From: Spirochaetota bacterium
GTDB taxonomy: Bacteria > Spirochaetota > Spirochaetia > ARS1246
Length of the DNA stretch: 32,481 nt
Assembly (NCBI GenBank): GCA_024275515.1
Contig: JAJRYZ010000063.1
Location: 1 to 32,481 of the forward strand
Reading direction: 5' to 3'
The notes under the pieces are model-generated. The model saw only the letters and a list, made by a program, of their open reading frames with translations. It searched no databases and was not told where the DNA came from. The translations under genes were made by a program, and so were the position numbers. This document shows, piece after piece, positions 8,347 to 16,575 of the stretch; within the stretch, counting starts at the first letter, position 1, and each line of letters opens with the position of its first letter.

Positions 8347-8877
8347 TCATTCTCGGCGCAAATACCCCGCCTCGAACGGCGCGCCCGGACGCCAGTCGAA
8401 GACTTCGTCGGAATAGAGACCGGTGCGGTCGCTCATCTCCTTGACGACAGCGCTCAACTCGCTTCGACAGGTCGAGACCAGCGCCTCTGGATAGGAAAAC
8501 AGATCGATATGCGTTTCAAACTCCTCTTCGTCGTCGACATAGACGACCCCGTCCCGAGCCGGTCGAACCACGTCAAGGTCGAGGTCTATCGCGGTCACTC
8601 GCTCCTCGTCCCACTCGGCAGGTGAGGCGATGTTGACGTAGTGCATGTGCGGGGTCCAGTCGGCGTCCCAAGAAATAACGACGTTGTGATACCGATGCGC
8701 GTAGAAAAAGATCAGCATTCGCCGATCGGAGACCATGGCGCCGCGATAGCTTTCAAGCTCGACGCCCGGTCCGCGATAGACGACCAGAACGTCGTCTTCT
8801 CGATGCGCGACCCGGGCGGGGAATCGATAGTGAAGACTTCCGTCGTACTTCGTCGTGTGATGGAGAATCGGTTGCAT
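8347..8877 (-). CDS. DUF402 family protein (FomD/Ntdp-like nucleotide phosphohydrolase fold).
   Basis: HYVNIASP...DLDLDVV...DGVVYVDDEEEFE matches the DUF402 signature (YvNi-P, D-LD, DeDE). Lies 10 bp upstream of the amidohydrolase on the same strand. Confidence 0.6.
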   Translation of the reverse strand: MQPILHHTTKYDGSLHYRFPARVAHREDDVLVVYRGPGVELESYRGAMVSDRRMLIFFYAHRYHNVVISWDADWTPHMHYVNIASPAEWDEERVTAIDLDLDVVRPARDGVVYVDDEEEFETHIDLFSYPEALVSTCRSELSAVVKEMSDRTGLYSDEVFDWRPGAPFEAGYLRRE

Positions 8878-9033
8878 CGTTGGCTGGATAGTATCGGATC
8901 CGACGCCCGATTTGAATACGCAGCGGCGCGAATCCTGTGGAATCGACTCTCGACACGCGGTGGGCGGTACGACCGGATGTCGACGCGCATCACGACCCGT
9001 TGACCGCGGTCGCCCGCCCTGCTATCGTTCGGC

Positions 9034-9951
9034 ATGTCGCGCTACCGGCCGGTCGCTCACCTTAACGGGCGGTTCGTTCCCGCCTCCGATTGCCGACTTG
9101 CGGTGTATGATCTCGGCATCGTTCTCGGCGCCGCCGTGACCGATTTTCTCAGGACGTTCAACGGCCGCCCTTACCGTGTCCGTGACCACGTCGAACGGCT
9201 CTACCGTTCGGCCCGATACGCGTACATCGAACCTCCGGTTTCGCTCGAGCGGAGCATTGAGATCACGCACGAGCTGATCGAACACAACATTGCCGCGACG
9301 CCGGGCGCCGAACTTGGGGTTGTCTACTATCTGACCGCCGGAATCAACGAGATATACGCGGGTTCGGCCGGAACATCCGAGCCGTCGACACCCACCTACG
9401 TTCAGCACACCTTTCCACTGCCGTTTCATCTATGGAAACCGATGTTTCTCGACGGCGCCCACTGCGTGACGCCGGCGACGCGCCACTGGCCGCCCGAGTG
9501 CCTCTCATCGAAAATCAAGCACAGAAACCGGCTCCACATGTGGATCGGAGAGCAACAGGCTCATCTGGCGGATCCCGAGGCCGTCCCGCTCTATCTCGAC
9601 CTGCACGGAAACATCACCGAAACGGGCGGTTCAAACTTTGTGATCTATTCAGGCGGACGCGTCGTTTCTCCCCGGAGCAACAATGTTCTCCGTGGCATCA
9701 GCCTCACGGCGCTCGTCGAGCTGCTCGAAGAGATGGACATCCCTTTCGTCGAAGACGACATTCACATCTACGATGCGGTCAACGCCGATGAGGCGTGGCT
9801 CCCGACCACGCCGTACTGTCTCGGGCCCGTGACGAAGATAAACGGTTGTCCCGTCGGAAACGGCGCCCCCGGAGCTCTGTGGCGACGGGTCATCGACAGG
9901 TGGAGCGAAAAAGTCGGTAAGAACATCTACCGCGAGATTACCGAATCCTGA
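9034..9951 (+). CDS. Class IV (fold type IV) PLP aminotransferase: branched-chain amino acid / D-amino acid aminotransferase family.
   Basis: N-terminal LNGRFVP...A...YDLG, candidate catalytic Lys in SSKIKHRNRL, C-terminal GNITETGGSNFVIY and VLRGISLTALVELL. Confidence 0.8.
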   Translation: MSRYRPVAHLNGRFVPASDCRLAVYDLGIVLGAAVTDFLRTFNGRPYRVRDHVERLYRSARYAYIEPPVSLERSIEITHELIEHNIAATPGAELGVVYYLTAGINEIYAGSAGTSEPSTPTYVQHTFPLPFHLWKPMFLDGAHCVTPATRHWPPECLSSKIKHRNRLHMWIGEQQAHLADPEAVPLYLDLHGNITETGGSNFVIYSGGRVVSPRSNNVLRGISLTALVELLEEMDIPFVEDDIHIYDAVNADEAWLPTTPYCLGPVTKINGCPVGNGAPGALWRRVIDRWSEKVGKNIYREITES

Positions 9952-11785
9952 GGTCGCTTCCCTCGCCGCGCGCGATTCGGAGTCGACGGAGCGTCTCCGC
10001 GGTCGGTCGTCCGCGATCGTCCCACTCGCGCAGGCGATAGTATTCATCGAGCATCCGCCCAAGATCCTCCTCGCCGCAGTACCGGCCGGCGGCCGGTCCC
10101 GACGGTATCGGAGTCGTCCTGACCCTGTAAGGCAGCGTGTCGTCCCGCCGATCGAAGCCGCGCTCGACTGAAATGAGTCGTTCGAGCGTGCATATCCGCT
10201 CCGCGGTGGCGGTGAGCTCGTCGAGCGAATAGTCGACCCATCCGGTAAGCGCGCCGATGAACCGGACCATGTTTTCCGCGAGCGCCTTGCCGAAGGTTCG
10301 TTCGTGGATGAAACGGCACAGCAGCAGGCAGTCGCCGACGGTCGAGTTGTTGAAAGTGTTCAGACTGAGCAAGACCATGTCGGAAAACCCCGGATCGGTC
10401 GGCGGATCGTTCGGATAGTAGACCTGCCGTCCGTCGTGGTGCGTTCCTCCGCGATGCGACGTCGCGTAGGAAATCCCGGTCATCCGCAATCCCCGCGCCG
10501 AGTGGCCGGGTATCTCGAGCCCTTTGGCCGTGTAGAGGTATTCTTTCGATTCCTCCCCCAGTTCCTTTGCCGCGGCGGCCGACCCCATCGCGAGGTACTC
10601 CCCCACGCGCCCCCGCCGATAAGCGGTCGCCTCCACGAGCCGCTCGATTCCGTCCTGCGCGCCGAACTTCAGATCGTCGGACGGGAGAATCCCCTTCTCG
10701 GAACATTCGATCAGAAATGCCAAGGTCACACCGAAACTGATCGTGTCGATGCCCAGATCGTCACAGAGCGCGTTCGCGTTGAAGATCGAAACGATGTCGT
10801 CGTTCCCGAGCATCGAACCGAGCGCGTACAGCGTTTCGTACTCGGGCATCTTCACCTGAGAACCCGCGTATTTCCCCGACGGAACCGCAACGCTCTTTCC
10901 GCAGGCGAGTCCGCACCCCCGGCACGCGATGTTGCGTTTTTTGTAGGTGTCCCGGATTACCTCGCCGCTGATCCTTGCAGCGTTTTCAAAGACCTCGGCG
11001 TTGTTGTTTCGCGTGCAGAGCATGCCGCGATCGTTGATGAAATTGACGAGCATCGGAGTTCCCATCTCGCGCAGTCCGGCGCCGAGTTCCAGAAGACCGG
11101 GTTTCATCCGACCGAATTGATCCTTGACCGCCGCCGAGTCGTAAAAGCTGAAATCGCGACGTCCCGAAGCGACCACCGCTTTGCACCTCTTCGCGCCCAT
11201 GACCGAACCGATTCCTCCGCGCCCGGCGGCGCTCAGCCGACGTCCGCTGCACATGACGCTCCCGAACACGACGCGGTTCTCCGCCGCCGGGCCGATCACG
11301 GCGCATTCGCTCCGCGCCCCGACTCGAGAGCGGAGCGCCGCGATCGCCCGCTCAACGCCGTATCCCCAGATCTCCCCGGCCTCTTCGATGCGAACCGCAT
11401 CGGGAGTCACGTGCACGAATACCGGTTTCTCCGCCTCTCCGCCGATGACGACGACGTCCCATCCCGCCTGCTTCAGCGCCCAGGCGAAATCACCCCCGTA
11501 TACCGAGTCGAAAAAACCGTTCGTGATCGGAGAGATCGCAGCAACCAGCCCACGGTTGCCGCCCCAGAACGGGGCGCCGTTCGCCGGTCCCTGCGCAAAG
11601 ACGACGACGTTCTCCGGCGAGTACGGCGCCGCCCCGGGAGCGACGTTTTCGTGGATGATTTTCGCGGCAAAGCCGTTTCCTCCGAGCCACGTTCGGGCGA
11701 AGCTTTCATCGAACTCGACCGTGCGACATCGCGAAGTCGTGAGATCGACAAAAGCCATCCGACCGGCGTATGCGTTCATGCCCAT
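9938..11785 (-). CDS. aor: Aldehyde:ferredoxin oxidoreductase (tungsten-pterin AOR family).
   Basis: Collinear with P. furiosus AOR throughout: FVDLT N-terminus, GGRGGIGSVMGAKRCKAVV, CRGCGLACGK (4Fe-4S Cys cluster), YATSHRGGTHHDG, DTLPYR. Confidence 0.9.
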   Translation of the reverse strand: MGMNAYAGRMAFVDLTTSRCRTVEFDESFARTWLGGNGFAAKIIHENVAPGAAPYSPENVVVFAQGPANGAPFWGGNRGLVAAISPITNGFFDSVYGGDFAWALKQAGWDVVVIGGEAEKPVFVHVTPDAVRIEEAGEIWGYGVERAIAALRSRVGARSECAVIGPAAENRVVFGSVMCSGRRLSAAGRGGIGSVMGAKRCKAVVASGRRDFSFYDSAAVKDQFGRMKPGLLELGAGLREMGTPMLVNFINDRGMLCTRNNNAEVFENAARISGEVIRDTYKKRNIACRGCGLACGKSVAVPSGKYAGSQVKMPEYETLYALGSMLGNDDIVSIFNANALCDDLGIDTISFGVTLAFLIECSEKGILPSDDLKFGAQDGIERLVEATAYRRGRVGEYLAMGSAAAAKELGEESKEYLYTAKGLEIPGHSARGLRMTGISYATSHRGGTHHDGRQVYYPNDPPTDPGFSDMVLLSLNTFNNSTVGDCLLLCRFIHERTFGKALAENMVRFIGALTGWVDYSLDELTATAERICTLERLISVERGFDRRDDTLPYRVRTTPIPSGPAAGRYCGEEDLGRMLDEYYRLREWDDRGRPTAETLRRLRIARGEGSDLRIR

Positions 11786-11866
11786 CCCCTTGTTTCAACT
11801 CACGGGAAAAAGAACCGCCGGCCTCACGATACACGAGCGGCCGCCGGTACACAACGGCCCCGCGCA

Positions 11867-11893
11867 CGCAGGTTTCGGTCTCATAATGATAAT
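11867..11893. repeat. Copy 1 of the shared 24-nt motif CAGGTTTCnGTCTCATAATGAnA (second copy at 25755-25783).
   Basis: gcAGGTTTCgGTCTCATAATGAtAatt here versus tcAGGTTTCaGTCTCATAATGAgAcaat in the MFS/URO-D intergenic region; 21 of 24 positions identical. Lies 85-108 nt upstream of the AOR start. Confidence 0.45.
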
Positions 11894-12031
11894 TCCTACG
11901 CACGCACACGCGATGGAATCGTTTCCGTCTTCTTTTCCCGAGCGGGGCAATGTATGAAGCGACAGGACCGACTCAGACTCCCCCCTGTGTTTTTCAGGCC
12001 GTCTCAAAGCAACGTCCTCAACGATCTCACA

Positions 12032-12643
12032 TCACGGATTGCCCCTGCCGGCCGCCAGGTAGCCACCGTCTATAGCCAGAATCGCTCCGGTAATAAAGGA
12101 CGCTTCATCGGAAAGAAGAAAGGCCACGGTTGCAGCGATTTCCTCCGGTCTCCCGATCCTATTCATAGGATGCCACGCGCAAACCTCTCTATACAGATCG
12201 TCGGAGGAGCTTAGCCATTTTTCGGTGAGTGGCGTATTCACGACTCCCGGACAGATGCAGTTTACCCGAATATGGTCTTTGGCATGCGCGATTGCCATAT
12301 GCCTGGTGAGATTGATGAGCCCTCCCTTGGCGGTTTGAAAAGGCAATCCGTGAGTCGACCCTCGCATTCCTCCGATTGAAGAGACGTGGACCACGGCGCC
12401 GACCACTTCTTCCACCATTCGACGGCACTGCTCGCCGTTGGAAACGTCGCACCCGATGTCGAGCGCTATGCCTCCCCGGGCCTCGATTTCCTCTCCGACC
12501 GCCGTTGCACGTTCAGGAATGATGTCGGCAACGGCGATCTTTGCGCCTTCTGCGGCAAGTCTGAGCGCCGTCGACCTGCCGAAACCGGCGCCGCCACCGG
12601 TGATGAGCGCCACTCTACCGTGAAATCTTTGCGCTTGAACCAT
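12032..12643 (-). CDS. Short-chain dehydrogenase/reductase (SDR) family protein, degenerate: ~50-aa internal deletion (NNAG region missing) and catalytic Tyr replaced by Phe. Probable pseudoenzyme or pseudogene.
   Basis: Strong SD GGAGGAAGG before ATG 12643. TGGGAGFG cofactor motif intact. EEVVG is followed directly by AVVHVSSIGG. Active site reads PFQTAK instead of YxxxK. Total 203 aa versus ~250 typical. Confidence 0.7.
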   Translation of the reverse strand: MVQAQRFHGRVALITGGGAGFGRSTALRLAAEGAKIAVADIIPERATAVGEEIEARGGIALDIGCDVSNGEQCRRMVEEVVGAVVHVSSIGGMRGSTHGLPFQTAKGGLINLTRHMAIAHAKDHIRVNCICPGVVNTPLTEKWLSSSDDLYREVCAWHPMNRIGRPEEIAATVAFLLSDEASFITGAILAIDGGYLAAGRGNP

Positions 12644-12764
12644 GCCTTCCTCCGCATGCGTGTTCGTCGGGAGTCCCGCCGTTGCCGGTCGGCGATCGGG
12701 ACTCAAGTTGCGCCGGCGCCGCGGCGGGCTTTCCTTTGCCGTTACCGGCGATTCGGTCGGTCGT

Positions 12765-13016
12765 TTAGTCCGGCATGCCCGAATCTTCAAGAAGAGCGAG
12801 CGCGGTCTCTACAGGCACTTCCTCTCCTTCGTTCACAAGTATCTTTGCTATACGCCCCGAATAGAGAGACTCGATAACGCTTGTTGCCTTGTCGGATTCG
12901 ACCTCCACCACCGGTTCATCCTGTGAAACATAGTCTCCTTCCGTCTTCAGCCACCGGACAACGGTCCCCGTCTCCATGGTCAGACCGATTCTGTTTAGCT
13001 TTAACTCCCTCAGCAT
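12765..13016 (-). CDS. Free-standing lipoyl-attachment domain protein (83 aa; E2-type lipoyl domain only).
   Basis: GTVVRWLKTEGDYV...VEVESDKATSVIESLYSGRIAKIL is a canonical lipoyl-lysine (DKA) domain. Stops (TAA 12765-12767) right after the domain. Confidence 0.75.
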   Translation of the reverse strand: MLRELKLNRIGLTMETGTVVRWLKTEGDYVSQDEPVVEVESDKATSVIESLYSGRIAKILVNEGEEVPVETALALLEDSGMPD

Positions 13017-13031
13017 ACTCGTATCACACCT

Positions 13032-14015
13032 TCAGCCGGCACATGACAGGACGGATCTTACGCCGCGCTCGATGTCGTCTTTTCCCGGCAGAACGTAGTC
13101 TTCGAGCACGGAAGTAAATGGAATCGGCGCCCACTTGGCCCCGACCCTCTTAATCGGCGCCTGCAGGTACTCAAAACCGTCTTCCGCGATCACGGCGGCG
13201 ATTTCTCCGCCAAAGCCTCCCGTGACATACGCCTCGTGGACGATGACGACCCTGGATGTCTTTCTTACGGAATTGAGAATTGTTTCTTTGTCCAGAGGGT
13301 ACAACGTTCTGGGATCCACGATTTCGACTGAAATCCCTTCCTGTTCCAGCTGATTTGCGACTTCCACCACCATATGAAGGGTAAAGGAAGTTGAAACGAC
13401 CGTTACGTCGGTTCCCTCTTTCTTGACGTCCGCTACGCCCAATGGGATAGAGTACTCCTCTTCGGGCACCTCGCCCTTCATCGGCAAAAGTCGTTTGTGT
13501 CCAATGAAAATAACCGGATTAGGATCACGTATCGCTTCTATCAAAAGACCCTTTGCATCAAAGGGAGTTGAAGGTGATACCGTTTTCAGTCCCGGTACAT
13601 GGGTGAACCAGGCCTCGAGGCACTGAGAATGTTGTTCGGCAGCTCGAATGTAGCCTCCCATCGTAGTCAAAACCACAATCGGCACTTTCATTTGTCCACC
13701 GAAAGTGTAGTAGAACTTGGCGGCCTGATTCACGATCTGATCCATACACATCGGCAGGAAGTCGCCGAAGGGGATTTCGACGATTGCTCTGCAACCGGTG
13801 ATTGCCGCGCCAATCGCGCATCCGACTATACCCTGCTCGGAAATCGGGGCGTCCTTCACTCTTTGGTCGCCGAATCTATCGTAGAGGTCGCCGCTGATGC
13901 CGTGCTCACCTCCATACTTTCCGACATCGTATCCCATCATGAACAGGTGTTGGTCCCTTTCCATCTCGCAGGCGATGGCTTCTCTAAGCGCCTCTCTATA
14001 CATGAGATGACGCAT
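13032..14015 (-). CDS. 2-oxoacid/acetoin dehydrogenase E1 component beta subunit (transketolase-like pyrimidine-binding and C-terminal domains).
   Basis: LFMMGYDVGKYGG...RVKDAPISEQGIVGCAIGAA...IVEIPFGDF and a C-terminal TK-C-like domain. 327 aa. Overlaps the E1-alpha stop by 20 bp (start could be the Met at 14003). Confidence 0.9.
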   Translation of the reverse strand: MRHLMYREALREAIACEMERDQHLFMMGYDVGKYGGEHGISGDLYDRFGDQRVKDAPISEQGIVGCAIGAAITGCRAIVEIPFGDFLPMCMDQIVNQAAKFYYTFGGQMKVPIVVLTTMGGYIRAAEQHSQCLEAWFTHVPGLKTVSPSTPFDAKGLLIEAIRDPNPVIFIGHKRLLPMKGEVPEEEYSIPLGVADVKKEGTDVTVVSTSFTLHMVVEVANQLEQEGISVEIVDPRTLYPLDKETILNSVRKTSRVVIVHEAYVTGGFGGEIAAVIAEDGFEYLQAPIKRVGAKWAPIPFTSVLEDYVLPGKDDIERGVRSVLSCAG

Positions 14016-15003
14016 GCTCGTCGTCTCCCTTCACTGCATACACGTAGGCAAGAGCGTCACCGGGCTGCGGTGGGGGGCTGGATCTTGCATATTCCACCGC
14101 TTCATCGACCAGTCGCTGGATGTGTTCTCGCACCTCGGCGATATCCTTCTGCGTCATGACGTTTTCCTTTACCAGAAACCGTTCGAATCTGCGTATCGCG
14201 TCGTGTTCCCGGGCGGCATCTATCTCCTCTCGACTGCGGATGTCGTGGTCTCCCTCAAAGTGACCCCGGTGCCGGTAGGTTGCGCAGTTGATGAGGCTCG
14301 GTCCGCCACCGTGTCGAGCGCGCTGAACAGCCGTTTTCACGACACGAAAAACTTCCATTACATCCATCCCATCGATGTTGAAACCGGGAATACCATAGCC
14401 GACGGCCCGATCACCGAGAGCCTGCGCCAAACTACAGACTGATTCGGTGGGAACTCCACAACTGAGTCGGTTATTCTCGATCACGAATACAACCGGTAGT
14501 TTCCACGTGGCCGCCATATTCAGTGATTCGTGAAACGTTCCTTGATTTGCCGCCCCGTCACCGAAAAACGAAACAACGACTTGGTTTGTTCCCCTGAGCT
14601 TGATTGAATAGCCGGCGCCGACCGCTATGGGATTGCCGTCACCAACGATCCCGTTGGCGCCCAGTACGCCGATATTCCGATCTGCGATGTGAAGCGAACC
14701 GCTTCGACCCAGGCAGAATCCGGTGCTCCGGCCGTAGAGCTCGGCCATCATTCTTTTCAGATCGCCGCCTTTGGCGATCATATGGCCGTGACCTCTGTGG
14801 GTGCTGGTGATGTAGTCGTCTTGGTTCAAGTTGGCGCATGCTCCGGCCGCCACCGCCTCTTCTCCGATATAGAGGTGGGTGAATCCTTCCTGCTCACCGG
14901 CTCGGAAAACTCTCGCCTGGATGGTCTCGAATAGTCTGATCTTGACCATTCTTTCGTACAAATCTAAAAGAACGACTTTCGGGCAAGTGTCGGGCCGGTC
15001 CAT
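13996..15003 (-). CDS. TPP-dependent E1 component alpha subunit (pyruvate/acetoin dehydrogenase E1-alpha family).
   Basis: TPP motif FFGDGAANQG...ENNRLSCGVPT and E1-alpha loop TYRHRGHFEGD. SD AGGAGAGG before ATG 15003, which sits 8 bp after the GH stop. Confidence 0.9.
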   Translation of the reverse strand: MDRPDTCPKVVLLDLYERMVKIRLFETIQARVFRAGEQEGFTHLYIGEEAVAAGACANLNQDDYITSTHRGHGHMIAKGGDLKRMMAELYGRSTGFCLGRSGSLHIADRNIGVLGANGIVGDGNPIAVGAGYSIKLRGTNQVVVSFFGDGAANQGTFHESLNMAATWKLPVVFVIENNRLSCGVPTESVCSLAQALGDRAVGYGIPGFNIDGMDVMEVFRVVKTAVQRARHGGGPSLINCATYRHRGHFEGDHDIRSREEIDAAREHDAIRRFERFLVKENVMTQKDIAEVREHIQRLVDEAVEYARSSPPPQPGDALAYVYAVKGDDEHASSHV

Positions 15004-15011
15004 GGCCTCTC

Positions 15012-16520
15012 CTAGTTTTTCCGTATCAGGCAGGCCACGATCCAGCCGGATACGTCAAGCTCGATTCGGCCCGGATTCACGACCGTCTGCGCCTTGAGCT
15101 CACAGTTCCACACGTCATAGATGTTCAACGAGTATCGTAGAGAATCCGGGAGCCCGAACCCCACCGTGATGTTGCGCTTCCGACATTCCTCGGTCAGGAA
15201 GAAGAGATAGGCATGCCGGCCGCTTCGAAGGCAGAACTTGCTGAAACCGTCTCCCAGTCGAGTATCCGGAGTCATCTCTTGATAGGGAACGGTTTCTACC
15301 ACTTCGCGCAGGAATCTCAGACGGGCCGGACTCTCCCCCGTGATCTTTCCCCCGTACGTCCAGAAGATGTCCCGTTTGTTCCCACCGATTTTGTAGCATT
15401 CGCCGTGGGTAGCGTAGCCGCCGGCCATGACCGACAGCCAGTGCGACAGAACGACCGTCTCCGGGCTGCTGTTTCCCCAGTCGGACGGAAGATTGCCCTC
15501 ATACTGATACTCGTCGTTGACAATCGGTTTTCCGTATTCCCTTTTCAAATCCATCAACAGACTGTATGTATTCGGATGTTGGTATCCGATATGGGTAATC
15601 CAGGCGCGGTCGGGGTAGAGCGCGAAGCAGTTGTGAATCGACCGCAAATGGTCGTAGGGGTCCTTCCCCCTTACATAATTACCCAGCAGGTCCCAGTTGC
15701 GTCGATTCCGTATTGAGCTAACCTTGAAGCTCTCCGGGTCGACAACTAGATCGTACTCGTTGGCCAGGCACCACCACACGTTTCGAAAGGCTGAGACGCG
15801 CGCAACAAAATACTGAAGGAAAGTGAGCGCCTCCTCATCCGTCATCCTATCGATGTCCCACTCGCCGAAATCATAGAAATGAAACAGAATTACATCGGCT
15901 TCGATGTTGCGATCTCTCAGTTGCCGCAGACATTCCTCGTAACGCCGAAAATACTCGGGGTTGAATCGCTGGAAGTCGAAGTGCTTGGGCGTTCCTTCGA
16001 ACGGATACACCTCAGGATGATATGACAAATCGACTTCCGCGCAGTGTATCAGCTTCTTGGGAAACACCAGCATGCGCACCTTGTTGAACGAGTACCGTTC
16101 AAGAGAGGCCAAGGTCTGAGAACGTATCTGGGACGGTCGATAGAACCAAGCGTAAAGAGTTGTGCCGAGGTGGAAGAACGGTGTCCCGTCGGCGTAGCCG
16201 AAATGGAATCGATTCCGTACCCGGACCGGACCGTGATTCGTCGCGGAAGGCTCGATGCAGCGAAATGATCCATGCAATCCGTGCAGATCCTTCACGTTGG
16301 AGTCGGTAGTGAAGCTGTATTCGCCGATTCTCTCGGGCATGAAACGGATTCTCCACGTAGAGTTTCCATCGTAGAATCCTTCAACTTCCTTGGTCTGAGA
16401 CCCGTGCTTAAAACGACCCGATATTCGCACATCGCGAAAAGGATTGTCGACGATATGAGTACTGCCGGCAGATATCTCGAAAATTCCCCACCGTTCTACG
16501 GTCGAACTGCTCACTTCCAC
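15012..16520 (-). CDS. Glycoside hydrolase, GH-A clan TIM barrel with N-terminal beta-sandwich (DUF5060/DUF4038, GH140-like architecture). GTG start.
   Basis: Candidate acid/base WCLANEYD (NEY) and nucleophile IVNDEYQYEG, a spacing typical of GH5-like clan A. N-terminal WRIRFMPERIGEYSF-type beta-sandwich. In-frame TAG 4 codons upstream of the GTG. Confidence 0.55.
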   Translation of the reverse strand: MEVSSSTVERWGIFEISAGSTHIVDNPFRDVRISGRFKHGSQTKEVEGFYDGNSTWRIRFMPERIGEYSFTTDSNVKDLHGLHGSFRCIEPSATNHGPVRVRNRFHFGYADGTPFFHLGTTLYAWFYRPSQIRSQTLASLERYSFNKVRMLVFPKKLIHCAEVDLSYHPEVYPFEGTPKHFDFQRFNPEYFRRYEECLRQLRDRNIEADVILFHFYDFGEWDIDRMTDEEALTFLQYFVARVSAFRNVWWCLANEYDLVVDPESFKVSSIRNRRNWDLLGNYVRGKDPYDHLRSIHNCFALYPDRAWITHIGYQHPNTYSLLMDLKREYGKPIVNDEYQYEGNLPSDWGNSSPETVVLSHWLSVMAGGYATHGECYKIGGNKRDIFWTYGGKITGESPARLRFLREVVETVPYQEMTPDTRLGDGFSKFCLRSGRHAYLFFLTEECRKRNITVGFGLPDSLRYSLNIYDVWNCELKAQTVVNPGRIELDVSGWIVACLIRKN

Positions 16521-16553
16521 GCTATTTCCCTATCCTTTCACCAGTATTTGAGG

Positions 16554-16575
16554 CAGAGCGAACGTTTCCTCTGCA
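16554..16575. promoter_or_regulatory. 22-bp imperfect palindrome GCAGAGcgAACGTTtcCTCTGC, 35-55 nt upstream of the GH start. Candidate LacI-family operator.
   Basis: Arms GCAGAG/CTCTGC perfect, central AACGTT with a CG dyad; 18 of 22 positions symmetric. Typical size and geometry for LacI-family operators, with a LacI gene immediately upstream. Confidence 0.35.

Noticed and set aside
10304-12214. 636-aa plus-strand ORF antisense to the AOR gene
   Set aside because: The AOR reading frame on the minus strand matches P. furiosus AOR end to end. The antisense ORF is Arg/Pro-rich with no motifs; an open antisense frame is expected at this GC content.
12765-13016. Possibility that the 83-aa protein is a biotin carboxyl carrier fragment rather than a lipoyl domain
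   Set aside because: The modified-lysine context is E-S-D-K-A-T (lipoyl DKA type), not the EAMKM biotinylation motif, and its neighbours are TPP-dependent E1 subunits.
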